IMG/VR virus record: IMGVR_UViG_3300019487_000006
Location: 1 to 64,000 of that record
Source of the DNA: a virus
Direction: 5' to 3' (one strand)
Length of the DNA: 64,000 nucleotides
In this document: positions 43,629 to 52,911 of the stretch, one piece after another
Numbering within the stretch: position 1 is the stretch's first letter
Layout: the number at the start of each line of letters is the position of its first letter
Program-made: the position numbers and the translations under genes
Notes under the pieces: generated by a model
Databases searched by the model: none
What the model was told of the DNA's origin: nothing
What the model saw: only the letters and a program-made list of their open reading frames with translations

Positions 43629-45344
43629 TTACTGCGTAGATAGCACCCGGTCTACATACGACCCTAGCGTATTTGAGGAGACGCCGTCAAGTAGATCAGC
43701 GTCAATATCGTGGATCAGCCACTCCCGCCCGGTTTTCGGCTGGGTGGGCGGCAGAGGAGCGAAAATGGGGGCGCGTTCGTCGGTGGCACTCAAGACCGCC
43801 AACATCCACGCAGTGATGACGTCGTCGTGGGTTCCTGGGGCCGCCCCCCATTCATCAATCCCAATCGTCAGGAACGACCGCATTTCCTTGAGGAGTTCCC
43901 GTGAACGAATAATGGGGCGTTCGCGAATGAGGGCCTTTACTGCATTGTGGACGAGCCACGTTTTATCCCGTTTAGTGTAATAGAAGCCTAGCCTGGACGA
44001 GACCTTTTCCTGGGCGTCATCACGGCGACGCCATTGCCAGATGTTCGGGTAATTACGTTTTTGCAAGTCTGAGAGAAGGGCATGACCCCACCCGCCGGTG
44101 ATATCCGGGGTCATTTGCCCGGAGTTGTACGCACGGCCCAGCCAATAGGTGAGATTGAGGAATTCCTCGCTGGACGGGTCCATATGGAGACGCACTTCCG
44201 CCACTTGTTCCAGGGTATCGCGCCGCAACACGATAATCACCGTCCAGTCGGCTCGTTCGGTCGCGCCACCCGCCACGTCGACGCCGATATCGTAGTACAC
44301 TCCCTCCTTCGGAAGTTGCCAGACTTCAATCTCCCCGCCGATGTTCTCTTGTAAGCCGTTGGCGGTGACCACATGCCGCACGCCTGGCTTGAGGTGCGCG
44401 TGAATGTAGGTGAGATGCTCCTCCTGGAATGTTTGCATCGTGCCTTGCGGAAGTATCCACGACTCTCCCCACGAAAATGCATATTCCTGCCCAAAAAGTG
44501 CCAAGTTGGTGGAAAAGGTCGAGCGCGTCAATCGATACCACACCATATTTTCGAGGGTGAGACCACGGTATTGACGTAATAGGTCCTTCTCGAATTCCGT
44601 CAACTCAAATCCTTTGGGCACCGGTAAGCGATAATCCTGGTGCATGAACCAGGGGACGAAATGGAATTCATACTCATTTCGTTCCTTCATCGCTTCCTCG
44701 GCAAAGTCCTTGAACCAATCTCCACCGAATCTGGAGGTCGACTCGATGATGACAACACTACAGTCACGTCCAGTCGCAGACGAGATGGACGGGAATAGTG
44801 ATCCCTGGATTTCGCTGCCGTTGGGGTACCGAGCGACTTCCGTGAGATGGACGATGTGGTTCATCTGAGACGCGCCGACGTGCATGTTCCGGGCGTGGTT
44901 CACCAGGATTTTGCTGTTGCGGTTGGTGAACTCCATCTTGGACTTACTGCGGTATTTGGTCAACGGGCGTAGTTCCGACGGCAACGCATCGTAAAACCCG
45001 GTGTCCATTTGGAACATTTCCATCGCGTCGGGCTCATCATGAGCAACCACGAGCGCGTTGGTGTGATCGCGGAATGCCGTGCGGTGGAACGAGAGGGCGC
45101 GACAGTAAGTACTGCTGCCGACTTGTCGGCTTTTTCCCCAGACCTGTCTAACCTTTCCCGTACGCCGGAGTTGGTCCTGAATAGCCGCATGAAGATATTG
45201 CTGGACGTTGTTGAACTTTAACGTCGGAAAGCCGATGACATGCTTGGACTTGAACCGCAGGTAATTACGGGCGAGGTAATCGAAGTCGTCCTCGCACAGT
45301 TTCTTGATATGCGCCCAGCGGACTTGTTGAGGGGTTAGAGCCAT
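43629..45344 (-). CDS. terL: terminase large subunit
   Basis: Walker A-like WGKSRQVGSSTY. Walker B HIVHLTEVA. C-terminal RNaseH-like nuclease Asp motifs DIGVDVAGG and GTHDDVITAW. Confidence 0.85.
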   Translation of the reverse strand: MALTPQQVRWAHIKKLCEDDFDYLARNYLRFKSKHVIGFPTLKFNNVQQYLHAAIQDQLRRTGKVRQVWGKSRQVGSSTYCRALSFHRTAFRDHTNALVVAHDEPDAMEMFQMDTGFYDALPSELRPLTKYRSKSKMEFTNRNSKILVNHARNMHVGASQMNHIVHLTEVARYPNGSEIQGSLFPSISSATGRDCSVVIIESTSRFGGDWFKDFAEEAMKERNEYEFHFVPWFMHQDYRLPVPKGFELTEFEKDLLRQYRGLTLENMVWYRLTRSTFSTNLALFGQEYAFSWGESWILPQGTMQTFQEEHLTYIHAHLKPGVRHVVTANGLQENIGGEIEVWQLPKEGVYYDIGVDVAGGATERADWTVIIVLRRDTLEQVAEVRLHMDPSSEEFLNLTYWLGRAYNSGQMTPDITGGWGHALLSDLQKRNYPNIWQWRRRDDAQEKVSSRLGFYYTKRDKTWLVHNAVKALIRERPIIRSRELLKEMRSFLTIGIDEWGAAPGTHDDVITAWMLAVLSATDERAPIFAPLPPTQPKTGREWLIHDIDADLLDGVSSNTLGSYVDRVLSTQ

Positions 45345-45619
45345 CCTTGTCTCCCCTTAAACGTTCCAGTGTCCGCCGGATCGTATGATGCCTTACCTTT
45401 TCGTCCAAGTAAGACATCGACGAGGGACGGCGGTTGTTCCAGTTCTGGCTGTTCCACGGAGATGGAGGACTGAAGCACCGGTGTCTCGTCCGTCGATGTC
45501 AACAGGTCGAGAATGTACAGAACGTAGCGATATATACGGATACTGACGAACAATAACGCGGCTACGGCCAGGAGGATACATCCCAGCAGGCCGATGACGA
45601 TCCAGTCAAACATGGTCAT
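45335..45619 (-). CDS. small membrane protein
   Basis: 94 aa with N-terminal TM WIVIGLLGCILLAVAALLFVSI. Confidence 0.4.
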   Translation of the reverse strand: MTMFDWIVIGLLGCILLAVAALLFVSIRIYRYVLYILDLLTSTDETPVLQSSISVEQPELEQPPSLVDVLLGRKGKASYDPADTGTFKGRQGWL

Positions 45620-47268
45620 GGTTGCTCCCTCCCGAATCGGGTCAAGTGGTATTGACGTTCACGGTCGGTCGTGTCGTCGGATTTACGACCAGCAAGTTGC
45701 TCGGCCAAGGCACCTCCGGCGAGGCCGGTCGCAGCGACGGGAGCGGTCTGGAACAAGGGCTGTCCCTCACCCAAAATGGAGGCTTTCATATTGGGGGTGA
45801 GACGGACGGCCCAGACTTTTTGAACGTTATTTTTTTCTGGAAACGCGGCATTGAATGCAGAACCTAGAGAGTCACTAAACGGCATCTCCATTTGCTCCAC
45901 TTTTGCCCCGTATCGTTTCAGGTACTTGTTCATCTCGTTGACGAGTTCCCGGTCGTAGAAGGTATTCATTTCCTGCCCGCCAACATCGAGGTCGAGGCCA
46001 GAATAGATTAAGTCTGGGTTGGTCCGTGAATCCTCAACAATTTTATTCGCCATCTCCTTTCCAACGGCACTTTCTAACTCAGATCGTCTTAATGTGCCAA
46101 GAAAGACCGGCGCACCATCATTACTCACTGCTTTTATAGTATAGTTACCAAGCATTCCATTATAGTGTGAATCAAGCGATGTAATATGATTACTCAACTT
46201 ATACCGCTCCCCTTGCTGACGTCCGGTCGTCCACGCCAGGAGGTCCTTGTTATTCTTGGCCGCGTCGTAGAGGGCGTACTTCATGCCCAAGACCGGCCAG
46301 GTTTTCTTGAAGGGGGCGTCAGGGACACCACTGTATTCTTTCCCATATCCGCTTTTACGTCCAGCCTGGTGCCAGTCACTTTGTAGTTCCTCTACAAATA
46401 AGGCTTGCTGCCCCTCCTGGGTGACACGATCCTTGACGCGCAGGTGGACGAGGGGATTGTTGACGTCTGAGAAGTGAGGGGATTCATAAGACGGCCTTCC
46501 CTTTGACGCGGTCTTTGGCACGGTCAAAATAATCTCTCGATAGTTCTCGCCACCGGGTTCGGTATATTGACGGTATTTGGGTTCTTTTCGTTTTCGCGCT
46601 TCTTCTAAATCTGCTGCCCTGTTACGTAATTGGTCATACTCTGCTTCGGCTGTGTCCATTTCTCTTGAGAGGGCTGAATTAGCTCTATCCTCCATCCATT
46701 TATCCATAGCATCATGAAATTTACGATATGAGAGTCGTGCCTGTCGGTATGCCTCGGTTGTTTCTGAGTCAAGTTGTTGGTCTTCACCACGAACATCCAC
46801 CCCAACCTGAGGCCGCGTCTTTTGAATGTGTTGAATGAACTCATCGCGGTTCACTTGGGGATGCTTCGCCAGATAGTCCTCCACGCCGCTCCAGTCGAGT
46901 TCCTCCTGTTTGACTTGCGCTCCTCTCATCGCACCACGGACCTGTTCAATTGGCGCGGTCTTAGGGGTGCGCTGTATGAGGGCTTCCTCTAATTTGGAAT
47001 ACCACGGGGTACCTTCGATTCGACCAGGCAGGCCCCTGACGTTCATCATCATGCCGGTGGCTTCCACGCCGGGGAAGTTCCCGGTGGCGGCTTGCCAGAG
47101 GGTTTCCATCAACCGTGTACCCAGCGTGGGCTGGTAGGGACTGATCGTCGCCGGAGGTGGAGGCGGTTGGAATCCGTAGTATGGCGGTTTCTCCGGTCCA
47201 GTAACACTCGGTGTGAAACCGGGTGGAAACGTAAACTCGTTGGAGGCCGGGACGTTAATCTGAGCCAC
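45616..47268 (-). CDS. large hypothetical protein (virion/polyvalent-like?)
   Basis: 550 aa with a Pro-rich N-terminus, a central helical region and the conserved-looking stretch LFVEELQSDWHQAGRKSGY. Function not recognised. Confidence 0.45.
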   Translation of the reverse strand: MAQINVPASNEFTFPPGFTPSVTGPEKPPYYGFQPPPPPATISPYQPTLGTRLMETLWQAATGNFPGVEATGMMMNVRGLPGRIEGTPWYSKLEEALIQRTPKTAPIEQVRGAMRGAQVKQEELDWSGVEDYLAKHPQVNRDEFIQHIQKTRPQVGVDVRGEDQQLDSETTEAYRQARLSYRKFHDAMDKWMEDRANSALSREMDTAEAEYDQLRNRAADLEEARKRKEPKYRQYTEPGGENYREIILTVPKTASKGRPSYESPHFSDVNNPLVHLRVKDRVTQEGQQALFVEELQSDWHQAGRKSGYGKEYSGVPDAPFKKTWPVLGMKYALYDAAKNNKDLLAWTTGRQQGERYKLSNHITSLDSHYNGMLGNYTIKAVSNDGAPVFLGTLRRSELESAVGKEMANKIVEDSRTNPDLIYSGLDLDVGGQEMNTFYDRELVNEMNKYLKRYGAKVEQMEMPFSDSLGSAFNAAFPEKNNVQKVWAVRLTPNMKASILGEGQPLFQTAPVAATGLAGGALAEQLAGRKSDDTTDRERQYHLTRFGREQP

Positions 47269-47685
47269 TTACCACCCCTGTTCCACTTCCTTCGCCAAGG
47301 TCTGGCTCAATACGGGGTACGGCCCCAAGAACAAGGAGACAATTTTGGCACTGTTCTGTTCCCGGTAGCTCTGTGGAGTCTTGCCACTGAAAAGATAGAA
47401 TAACGCCTCGTATTCGGCCTCCCCCACGACCAAGGCGGGCATCCCATGAATGGTTCGCATGTAAGGTTCAGGATGCGCGAAGATGTGTTCCGCCAATTCA
47501 CGCCCCATCGTGACAAGGACATCGGGGTCCCGCTGTTTAATGTTGGCATTCTCCCCGTTCTCCAGAAAACGGACGGCGAGCGTGGGGCGCTTGGTGCCTG
47601 TACGAGCGGAGGTTTTCGCTGGAATGGACCCGAACCATCGTGTCCACCAGGAATGGTTATCGTTTTTCTTTCTCGCCTGCGCCAT
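47269..47685 (-). CDS. hypothetical protein
   Basis: 138-aa ORF. Confidence 0.4.
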   Translation of the reverse strand: MAQARKKNDNHSWWTRWFGSIPAKTSARTGTKRPTLAVRFLENGENANIKQRDPDVLVTMGRELAEHIFAHPEPYMRTIHGMPALVVGEAEYEALFYLFSGKTPQSYREQNSAKIVSLFLGPYPVLSQTLAKEVEQGW

Positions 47686-48199
47686 AGGTCCAGTGTTTTC
47701 CTTTTATAATTCTACCTATCTGCTGAAAAGATACTCCAAATTGTCTAGAAAGGTCGATATATCGGACATTACCAGTAGCGTACAAAGATCGTATGGCATC
47801 AACATGTTGTCGAGTAAGTTTGGCATTGGTGGGAGTGACTCCCCATGCTCGTGATTCTGGGTGAGTGTACATACCATTTCGTTCGCCTACCGCCGTTCTT
47901 CCTTTCATGGAGGCATCACGATTATTGTCCTTCGCTGTCCCGATAAATAGGTGACTAGGATTCACGCAGCGCATATTATCACAATGATGACAAACGAATA
48001 TTCCACGAGGAATCTCACCAAAATGAAGTTGATAAGAAAAACGATGAGTGCCTATCCTTTTGCCTTTTACTTTTAATTTACCGTATTTTCCAGAAATCGT
48101 CGATCCCGTCCATTCCCAACATCCAGTGTCTTGTTTAATTACATACGACCAAAAACGTTCCACTGGAGACATTCGTCTTCGCGTATGCCATATGCTCAT
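47657..48199 (-). CDS. HNH homing endonuclease (free-standing)
   Basis: CWEWTGS...GKYGKLKV...THRFSY...VCHHCDNMRCVNPSHLFIGTAKDNNRD, with a C-terminal HTH-like LSRQFGVSFQQIGRI. Confidence 0.8.
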   Translation of the reverse strand: MSIWHTRRRMSPVERFWSYVIKQDTGCWEWTGSTISGKYGKLKVKGKRIGTHRFSYQLHFGEIPRGIFVCHHCDNMRCVNPSHLFIGTAKDNNRDASMKGRTAVGERNGMYTHPESRAWGVTPTNAKLTRQHVDAIRSLYATGNVRYIDLSRQFGVSFQQIGRIIKGKHWTYGAGEKEKR

Positions 48200-48579
48200 T
48201 TTTTCTCCTTTTGTCCTGCTCCTATCGACCCGCCTACGAAGCGTTTATCGTGGATTTCGGTGGATTTACACTTCGGACACACAAATGTCCAACATCCCTC
48301 AAATTCACGGGCCACTTTCATGATACTACGGCACCACTCACAGAGACGCACACGGCTGGGGACTGATTGAGGACCGCGTGGCCGTCTTTTAATAATATCC
48401 CACGCATGGGGGTGGATGGTCAAATACATTATCCCCACCTCCGTTGTTTTCCGCACGGCGGGACGTCCATCCGGGAGGACGGTCTTCTCGTGATTGCTCG
48501 CCTGCTTGAGCGCAAGACCGAACTGGTCGGCGCGGCACTCGACCCATAAACTGCCGTCCGATCTATGAACGCTTCTCAT
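48196..48579 (-). CDS. hypothetical protein with C-terminal zinc ribbon
   Basis: 127 aa. CEWC...CPKC. Confidence 0.4.
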   Translation of the reverse strand: MRSVHRSDGSLWVECRADQFGLALKQASNHEKTVLPDGRPAVRKTTEVGIMYLTIHPHAWDIIKRRPRGPQSVPSRVRLCEWCRSIMKVAREFEGCWTFVCPKCKSTEIHDKRFVGGSIGAGQKEKK

Positions 48580-49021
48580 TGGGAAGGTCTTCCCAGGCCC
48601 ACTTGCCGGTCCGTAGCATCATGCTGAGTTCCTTCGCACGTGGGCCGACCTGTTTGGCCCAGAGACTCAGGAGCATGTTGTCGGCGGCTTTGTCATACTG
48701 ACCGTTTCGAATGAACGTCAGGGTGTTGACAAACGTCAGGAGGCGGTCGATTCCCAGATTGAATGCCATACTGAGCACGACTGCTTGTCTCACTTCATCG
48801 AGCTTGGTCCACCATGGAATAGCGCGGGTGAGGTCGTTCCGGGTGCGTTCAATGTCGTTGGTCAATAACATCATCGCCTCGTCGTGCGAGAGACCGATGT
48901 CGGTGAGATTCCTGCCGATTCCTATTGAAATTTTCCCTTTAATAGTACTCCCAGCAGTAACTTGCTCTCCTGTGAGGTCATCATAAGGAAACGTTCTCAA
49001 CCCTTCATGTTTTATTAGCAT
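48563..49021 (-). CDS. T4-type lysozyme (GH24 endolysin)
   Basis: MLIKHEGLRTFPYDD...ISIGIGRNL supplies the catalytic Glu, Asp and Thr. The track ORF extends to GTG 49093 and GTG 49054 is also possible, so the start is uncertain. Confidence 0.8.
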   Translation of the reverse strand: MLIKHEGLRTFPYDDLTGEQVTAGSTIKGKISIGIGRNLTDIGLSHDEAMMLLTNDIERTRNDLTRAIPWWTKLDEVRQAVVLSMAFNLGIDRLLTFVNTLTFIRNGQYDKAADNMLLSLWAKQVGPRAKELSMMLRTGKWAWEDLPNEKRS

Positions 49022-49046
49022 CTCGACTAGAGGGTTTTCTAAAAAA

Positions 49047-49559
49047 TTACCCACGATAAACCTCACGACGACAGGCACGACACAATCGCCCACCTGTTTT
49101 ACTTACATATGTATTAACAGAATCGAACACATGTCCTCGTTTACAGTGAGTTTTATTTTTATTTCTTGGCTGGCGAGATTTCCAAATAGTCAGCGCGTTT
49201 GTGATTTGTCCTTTTCTGCGAGGAGACATCAAAGTAAAAATGGTCAACATAAGGGCAGCCGCGTGCGAACCAACCAAGGTCCATCTCCATATTGGTTGTC
49301 CTCTATCTCTTTCACTTCCACTTCGTGGACGAAGATAAAGATACCCACCGAAGGTTGAGTGAAGTATGTCTAGAGGCCATTTTTGTACTTGGCAAGCCTC
49401 CACACTCGGACTTGATCCTGTTCCAGCAGACATGCGAAACGATCCTTCACCTTCCAAGAAACCAGCCACCCAACGAAAATCTTTTAAGGATAATCCACTA
49501 ACGGGCTTGGCAGCCTCAACCCTCAATGTACTTTTTTCGTTATTCATCAGGGTGCTCAT
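49047..49559 (-). CDS. LAGLIDADG homing endonuclease with C-terminal C-GH-C-C zinc-finger module (free-standing)
   Basis: WVAGFLEGEGSF. C-terminal HCKRGHVFDSVNTYVSKTGGRLCRACRRE matches the repeats of the HNH protein at 50457..51086. Start uncertain (49559, 49547 or 49655). Confidence 0.7.
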   Translation of the reverse strand: MSTLMNNEKSTLRVEAAKPVSGLSLKDFRWVAGFLEGEGSFRMSAGTGSSPSVEACQVQKWPLDILHSTFGGYLYLRPRSGSERDRGQPIWRWTLVGSHAAALMLTIFTLMSPRRKGQITNALTIWKSRQPRNKNKTHCKRGHVFDSVNTYVSKTGGRLCRACRREVYRG

Positions 49560-50243
49560 CCACTGCGGGAGGATCGTCGTGTTCGGTCGGCGGCTTGAAA
49601 TACTCTTCGTCGGTTTGCGGGACGGCCTCCCCTTCGACGACCGTGGCATGTTCAAGCGCTTCCAGGTAGCGTTGTCTTACGTGAACTGGAATTCGATCCC
49701 ATTGAGGTATATCGGCTTGGGAACGAATGGTGCCGCTGACGTTGACTTGCTTGCCGACCGTGAGTTCGAGCGTCTTGAGCGCGAGCGTGCCACTGGCTTG
49801 CGAGGCTTTGATGCAGGCATCGAAGTCCCCGGTGTACTCGGCTTGGGTGGCGACGTTCTTGAGGCGGTTGATGTTCTCGAACACGATGTTGGCGGTATGA
49901 GGAGCGGTCCGCTGTAGGATGGATCGGACACTGTCTCCCACGGTACTAAACGGGATTGCGTCGGCGACGAGAGTCGATCCCAGTTGGCCCGTAGGCTGTC
50001 CCACAGAAGATGGTCCGCCAGTCGAGGCGGGACCCCCTGCTGGGCCAGGTAGAGTCCCACTCGTTTTCGCGGGGGATACCCGATCCCCGCGATCATCCCC
50101 TGGTTGTGGACTTGCGTTCTCCGTTGATGCCACCGGTCGATCTGTTTCAGGAAGCGAGGGTCCTGGTACGCTTCCAGTGTTTTGACAATCCATAGACGTG
50201 ATCTCCCTGTGAGGATACGGAGTTCTGCGATGGTCGTATACAC
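49540..50243 (-). CDS. terminase small subunit-like DNA-binding protein, split across two frames (-1 shift near 49975..49985)
   Basis: The frame from GTG 50243 is protein-like to about ...LRANWDRL (HTH-like YTTIAELRILTGRSRLWIV). The -1 frame is protein-like from about GSTLVADAIPF... to the stop at 49540. The remainder of each frame looks like out-of-frame S/P/R-rich sequence. Confidence 0.45.
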
Positions 50244-50274
50244 GCCAAAATCCCTGTAGGAATACTACGTAATT

Positions 50275-50460
50275 TTAACGTACCTCGTATCTCCCTCGAC
50301 TGTCAAGTAAATAGAAACATCTCCACGAGTTGCCGAACGTCAAGGCCCAAATCAAGAAGTTTAGGATTCGTAACATGTCCTCATGTCCCACGTCATTGTC
50401 GTGTATATGAACTACATTAACCCATACACCTGACAATGTCTTATTAGTTGATTCGTTCAT
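50275..50460 (-). CDS. hypothetical protein
   Basis: 61 aa. The start overlaps the HNH stop (ATGA). Confidence 0.35.
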   Translation of the reverse strand: MNESTNKTLSGVWVNVVHIHDNDVGHEDMLRILNFLIWALTFGNSWRCFYLLDSRGRYEVR

Positions 50461-51086
50461 TTATTCTTTCTCTTGTAGCGTTTCGACTGTTCATTATTAC
50501 AAACAATACAGTACGAATCACCGGTCTTGGGAATGATTCGTCGATTTCCTTCATACGGATGTCCATGAACACAAACAGTTTTAATAGTACGTTCCTTTCG
50601 ACGCATTAGTTTCCTCTTAACTTTCTCTCTAATACACACACGGCAACGTATTCTTCCATTACTCAAAATTTTTATAGTTTCCGTAGTTCTACGATGACCA
50701 TTTCGACAAAATAACGAACGCCAAACACCATATGGTTTTTGAGAAATACCAGCAAAATATCTTCTCACGTTCTCTTGAGATGTAACCGGTTCTAAATGAT
50801 CTGGATTAACACATAATGTTGTCGAACATAAATGATCCAATACTAAACCATCTGGAATTGGTCCTTTCATCTGTTCATAGAAGAATCTATGAGATTTCAC
50901 GCACTTCTTATTTACAACAAGACAACCATAAAATGGTCTCGCTCGTTTTGTCTCTGTGGTGTGATGACCTGTCGTGCTGCCCTGCCAAATCCAACATCCA
51001 CTCACTCCATCAGGAAATTTTACTCTCCCCACCAAGCGATATAGTGACTCTGGTAAATCCGGGATAATCATACTTAATACCCCCAT
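50457..51086 (-). CDS. HNH homing endonuclease with two C-GH-C-C zinc-finger repeats (free-standing)
   Basis: CWIWQGS...SHRFFY...VLDHLCSTTLCVNPDHLEPVTSQEN. Repeats CRNGHRR...GRIRCRVC and CVHGHPY...GDSYCIVC. Confidence 0.8.
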   Translation of the reverse strand: MGVLSMIIPDLPESLYRLVGRVKFPDGVSGCWIWQGSTTGHHTTETKRARPFYGCLVVNKKCVKSHRFFYEQMKGPIPDGLVLDHLCSTTLCVNPDHLEPVTSQENVRRYFAGISQKPYGVWRSLFCRNGHRRTTETIKILSNGRIRCRVCIREKVKRKLMRRKERTIKTVCVHGHPYEGNRRIIPKTGDSYCIVCNNEQSKRYKRKNK

Positions 51087-51234
51087 TTTTTGTGACGTTT
51101 ATTTATACCATATTGTGAACTTTTTATCCAAAAATTTTTAAATTTTTCATGAGGGGTCCAGCGCGCCTCTCGCATAGTGGGCACCTTGTGAACCAGGGGG
51201 CCGAATGCACATGTGCACGCGCACATACACACAA

Positions 51235-51400
51235 CTACGTATACGTAGATATACATACGTATATACACTTGTACGTAGAACTGCATAGGCATTTGTACGT
51301 GTACGTCGCCATGCGTACGTAGAACCTGGTATCATACAACTACGCCTCGGTGGAATTGCATATGCAAGTATATATACGTATCATACGTACAACTACTTAG
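51235..51400. repeat. ACGT/TACGTA-rich repeat tract in the divergent control region
   Basis: Nine ACGT cores between 51237 and 51389. GTACGTAGAAC is duplicated at 51271..51281 and 51315..51325. Perfect palindrome TTGCATATGCAA at 51356..51367. Confidence 0.7.
51356..51384 (+). promoter_or_regulatory. sigma70-like promoter (TTGCAT-N17-TATCAT) facing the + strand early block
   Basis: TTGCATatgcaagtatatatacgTATCATacgtac has the same acgTATnnT context as promoters B and C. Confidence 0.4.
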
Positions 51401-51429
51401 GTCTCCTCACTGATCCAACGACCACGTCC

Positions 51430-51563
51430 ACAACCCCTTGAGAACGTTACCTTTTCGTAACATTGTGTTACCTTCGTGAAAGACGTGTTACCTCACGGTG
51501 ACACCGTGAATCCTTTTTGGGCGTATCTAAACAGATACTTCCTGTTATGTGTCAAGGGGTTGT
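51430..51563 (+). promoter_or_regulatory. operator/leader element: three phased GTTACCT repeats bracketed by a 12-bp inverted repeat
   Basis: GTTACC at 51446, 51467 and 51487 (20-21 bp spacing). ACAACCCCTTGA (51430..51441) pairs with TCAAGGGGTTGT (51552..51563). 15-bp palindrome CACGGTGACACCGTG at 51494..51508. Confidence 0.45.
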
Positions 51564-51651
51564 AGGTTGGGGCTCCAGTGGCATGCGGTGTGCATCTTAG
51601 GGGGTAGGCAGGCGCGGCGATCAGGCCGAGTCAACCAGGGAGGGTGATATA

Positions 51652-52317
51652 ATGAGACATGAGGACTTTCTCAATGGTGTCAAGGAGATCGTCATTCAAC
51701 GGGCCGCTCCATCGGTACGGGAGCGGTTACAGATGTTTAAGCTGACCTACGGCATGGGGAACGGAAACACGCGGGGCCGGTGCTTCTATGGTGCGTGGCG
51801 CGGGGCGGACGGAGCGCCGGTAGACTTTGTCGAGGTTGCCGCTGCGTCAGAAGAGAGTGTGTGTCAGCTGGCCGGTACAACCATCCATGAAATGGCGCAC
51901 GTCCTGGCCGGTCATGGGGCTGGGCATGGTGTGGCGTGGAAAGAGGCAGGCCGGTTGCTGGGCTTACTCACCATTGAGGCCGCGGGGCAAGGATACACTC
52001 CCGATCACTTCGAACATGGCCTGTGGGAGTCCATCGTCACGTTGGGGGAACCAAAGGATGGACAACCGAACACGTCCAGTGTCGGGTCTGGTATTCCATT
52101 TGTCGGCCTTCCCACAGGCCCAGGTAGAGCGTGTCCGCTTGGTATCGGTACCCGTGGCGGAACCTCACGCGGGAAAGGCTCAGGGTCAAGGCTCCGGCTG
52201 TATGAGTGCCGGTGTGCGGAGCCGGTTAAGGTGAGAGTCGCGTCTGATACGTTCGAGGCGACGTGTAACCGATGCCACGCCTTGTTTCTCAAGCCGATCA
52301 CGTCAGGGAATGCGTAG
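51652..52317 (+). CDS. SprT-like zinc metalloprotease with C-terminal zinc ribbon
   Basis: TIHEMAHVLAGHGAGHGVAWK (HExxH). CRCAEP...CNRC. RBS GGGAGGG. Confidence 0.65.
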   Translation: MRHEDFLNGVKEIVIQRAAPSVRERLQMFKLTYGMGNGNTRGRCFYGAWRGADGAPVDFVEVAAASEESVCQLAGTTIHEMAHVLAGHGAGHGVAWKEAGRLLGLLTIEAAGQGYTPDHFEHGLWESIVTLGEPKDGQPNTSSVGSGIPFVGLPTGPGRACPLGIGTRGGTSRGKGSGSRLRLYECRCAEPVKVRVASDTFEATCNRCHALFLKPITSGNA

Positions 52318-52375
52318 TTCACGTTTAACCCAGGGGGTAGGTGATACCGTAGCCTACCCTCAATGGAGGGATACC

Positions 52376-52708
52376 ATGATCACGACACCGAGACCTGGTG
52401 AGTGGAGGGTAGTGCGGGCGTTTCAGGATAACGGGCCTGACTATTGGCTCATTTTCGAAGGGAACAAGACTTTCGGGGCAGACCCCATCGCTCGATGTGA
52501 CCAGCAGGAGCGTGCCGAACAGATCGTCCGCGAGCACAACGCGCATGACAAGCTGGTGGAGGCATTGAAGAAGGCTCTCGATAACCTAGAACATAAAAAC
52601 AAGATTGAACGCAAAAGAGTCTACGGAAATTCTTGGACAGTTGCCGACGAGAACACTCTTGAGTTCCTTAAGGCCGCCCTCGCGCTGGCGAAGGAAGGCA
52701 AGCCGTGA
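52376..52708 (+). CDS. hypothetical protein
   Basis: ATG 52376 follows GGAGGG (ORF track 52310..52708). Confidence 0.45.
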   Translation: MITTPRPGEWRVVRAFQDNGPDYWLIFEGNKTFGADPIARCDQQERAEQIVREHNAHDKLVEALKKALDNLEHKNKIERKRVYGNSWTVADENTLEFLKAALALAKEGKP

Positions 52709-52911
52709 AAAGCCCCGCGACACAATACGCTGAGAGATTCAACGAAGGAAGGGCTAACGCTCGCTTAGATGCCTCCGTGCTTGAAAGGTTCTTTGATGTG
52801 TCCCGCCTTGAGGGGGGCGCGTATGGTGAAGGATATAGGCAAGGTATGGCGGACGTTGCTCAGGCCATTTATTGTCGGACATTGAAGGCGAGGAAGGCTG
52901 GAATACTATGA
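52705..52911 (+). CDS. hypothetical protein
   Basis: 68 aa, coupled to its neighbours. Confidence 0.4.
   Translation: MKSPATQYAERFNEGRANARLDASVLERFFDVSRLEGGAYGEGYRQGMADVAQAIYCRTLKARKAGIL

Noticed and set aside
51074-51335. Two - strand ORFs (72 aa and 62 aa) in the divergent intergenic region
   Set aside because: The translations (YVYVVVCMCACTC..., VYTYVYLRIRSCVYVRVHMC) are artefacts of the TACGTA/ACAC repeat tract. There is no RBS.
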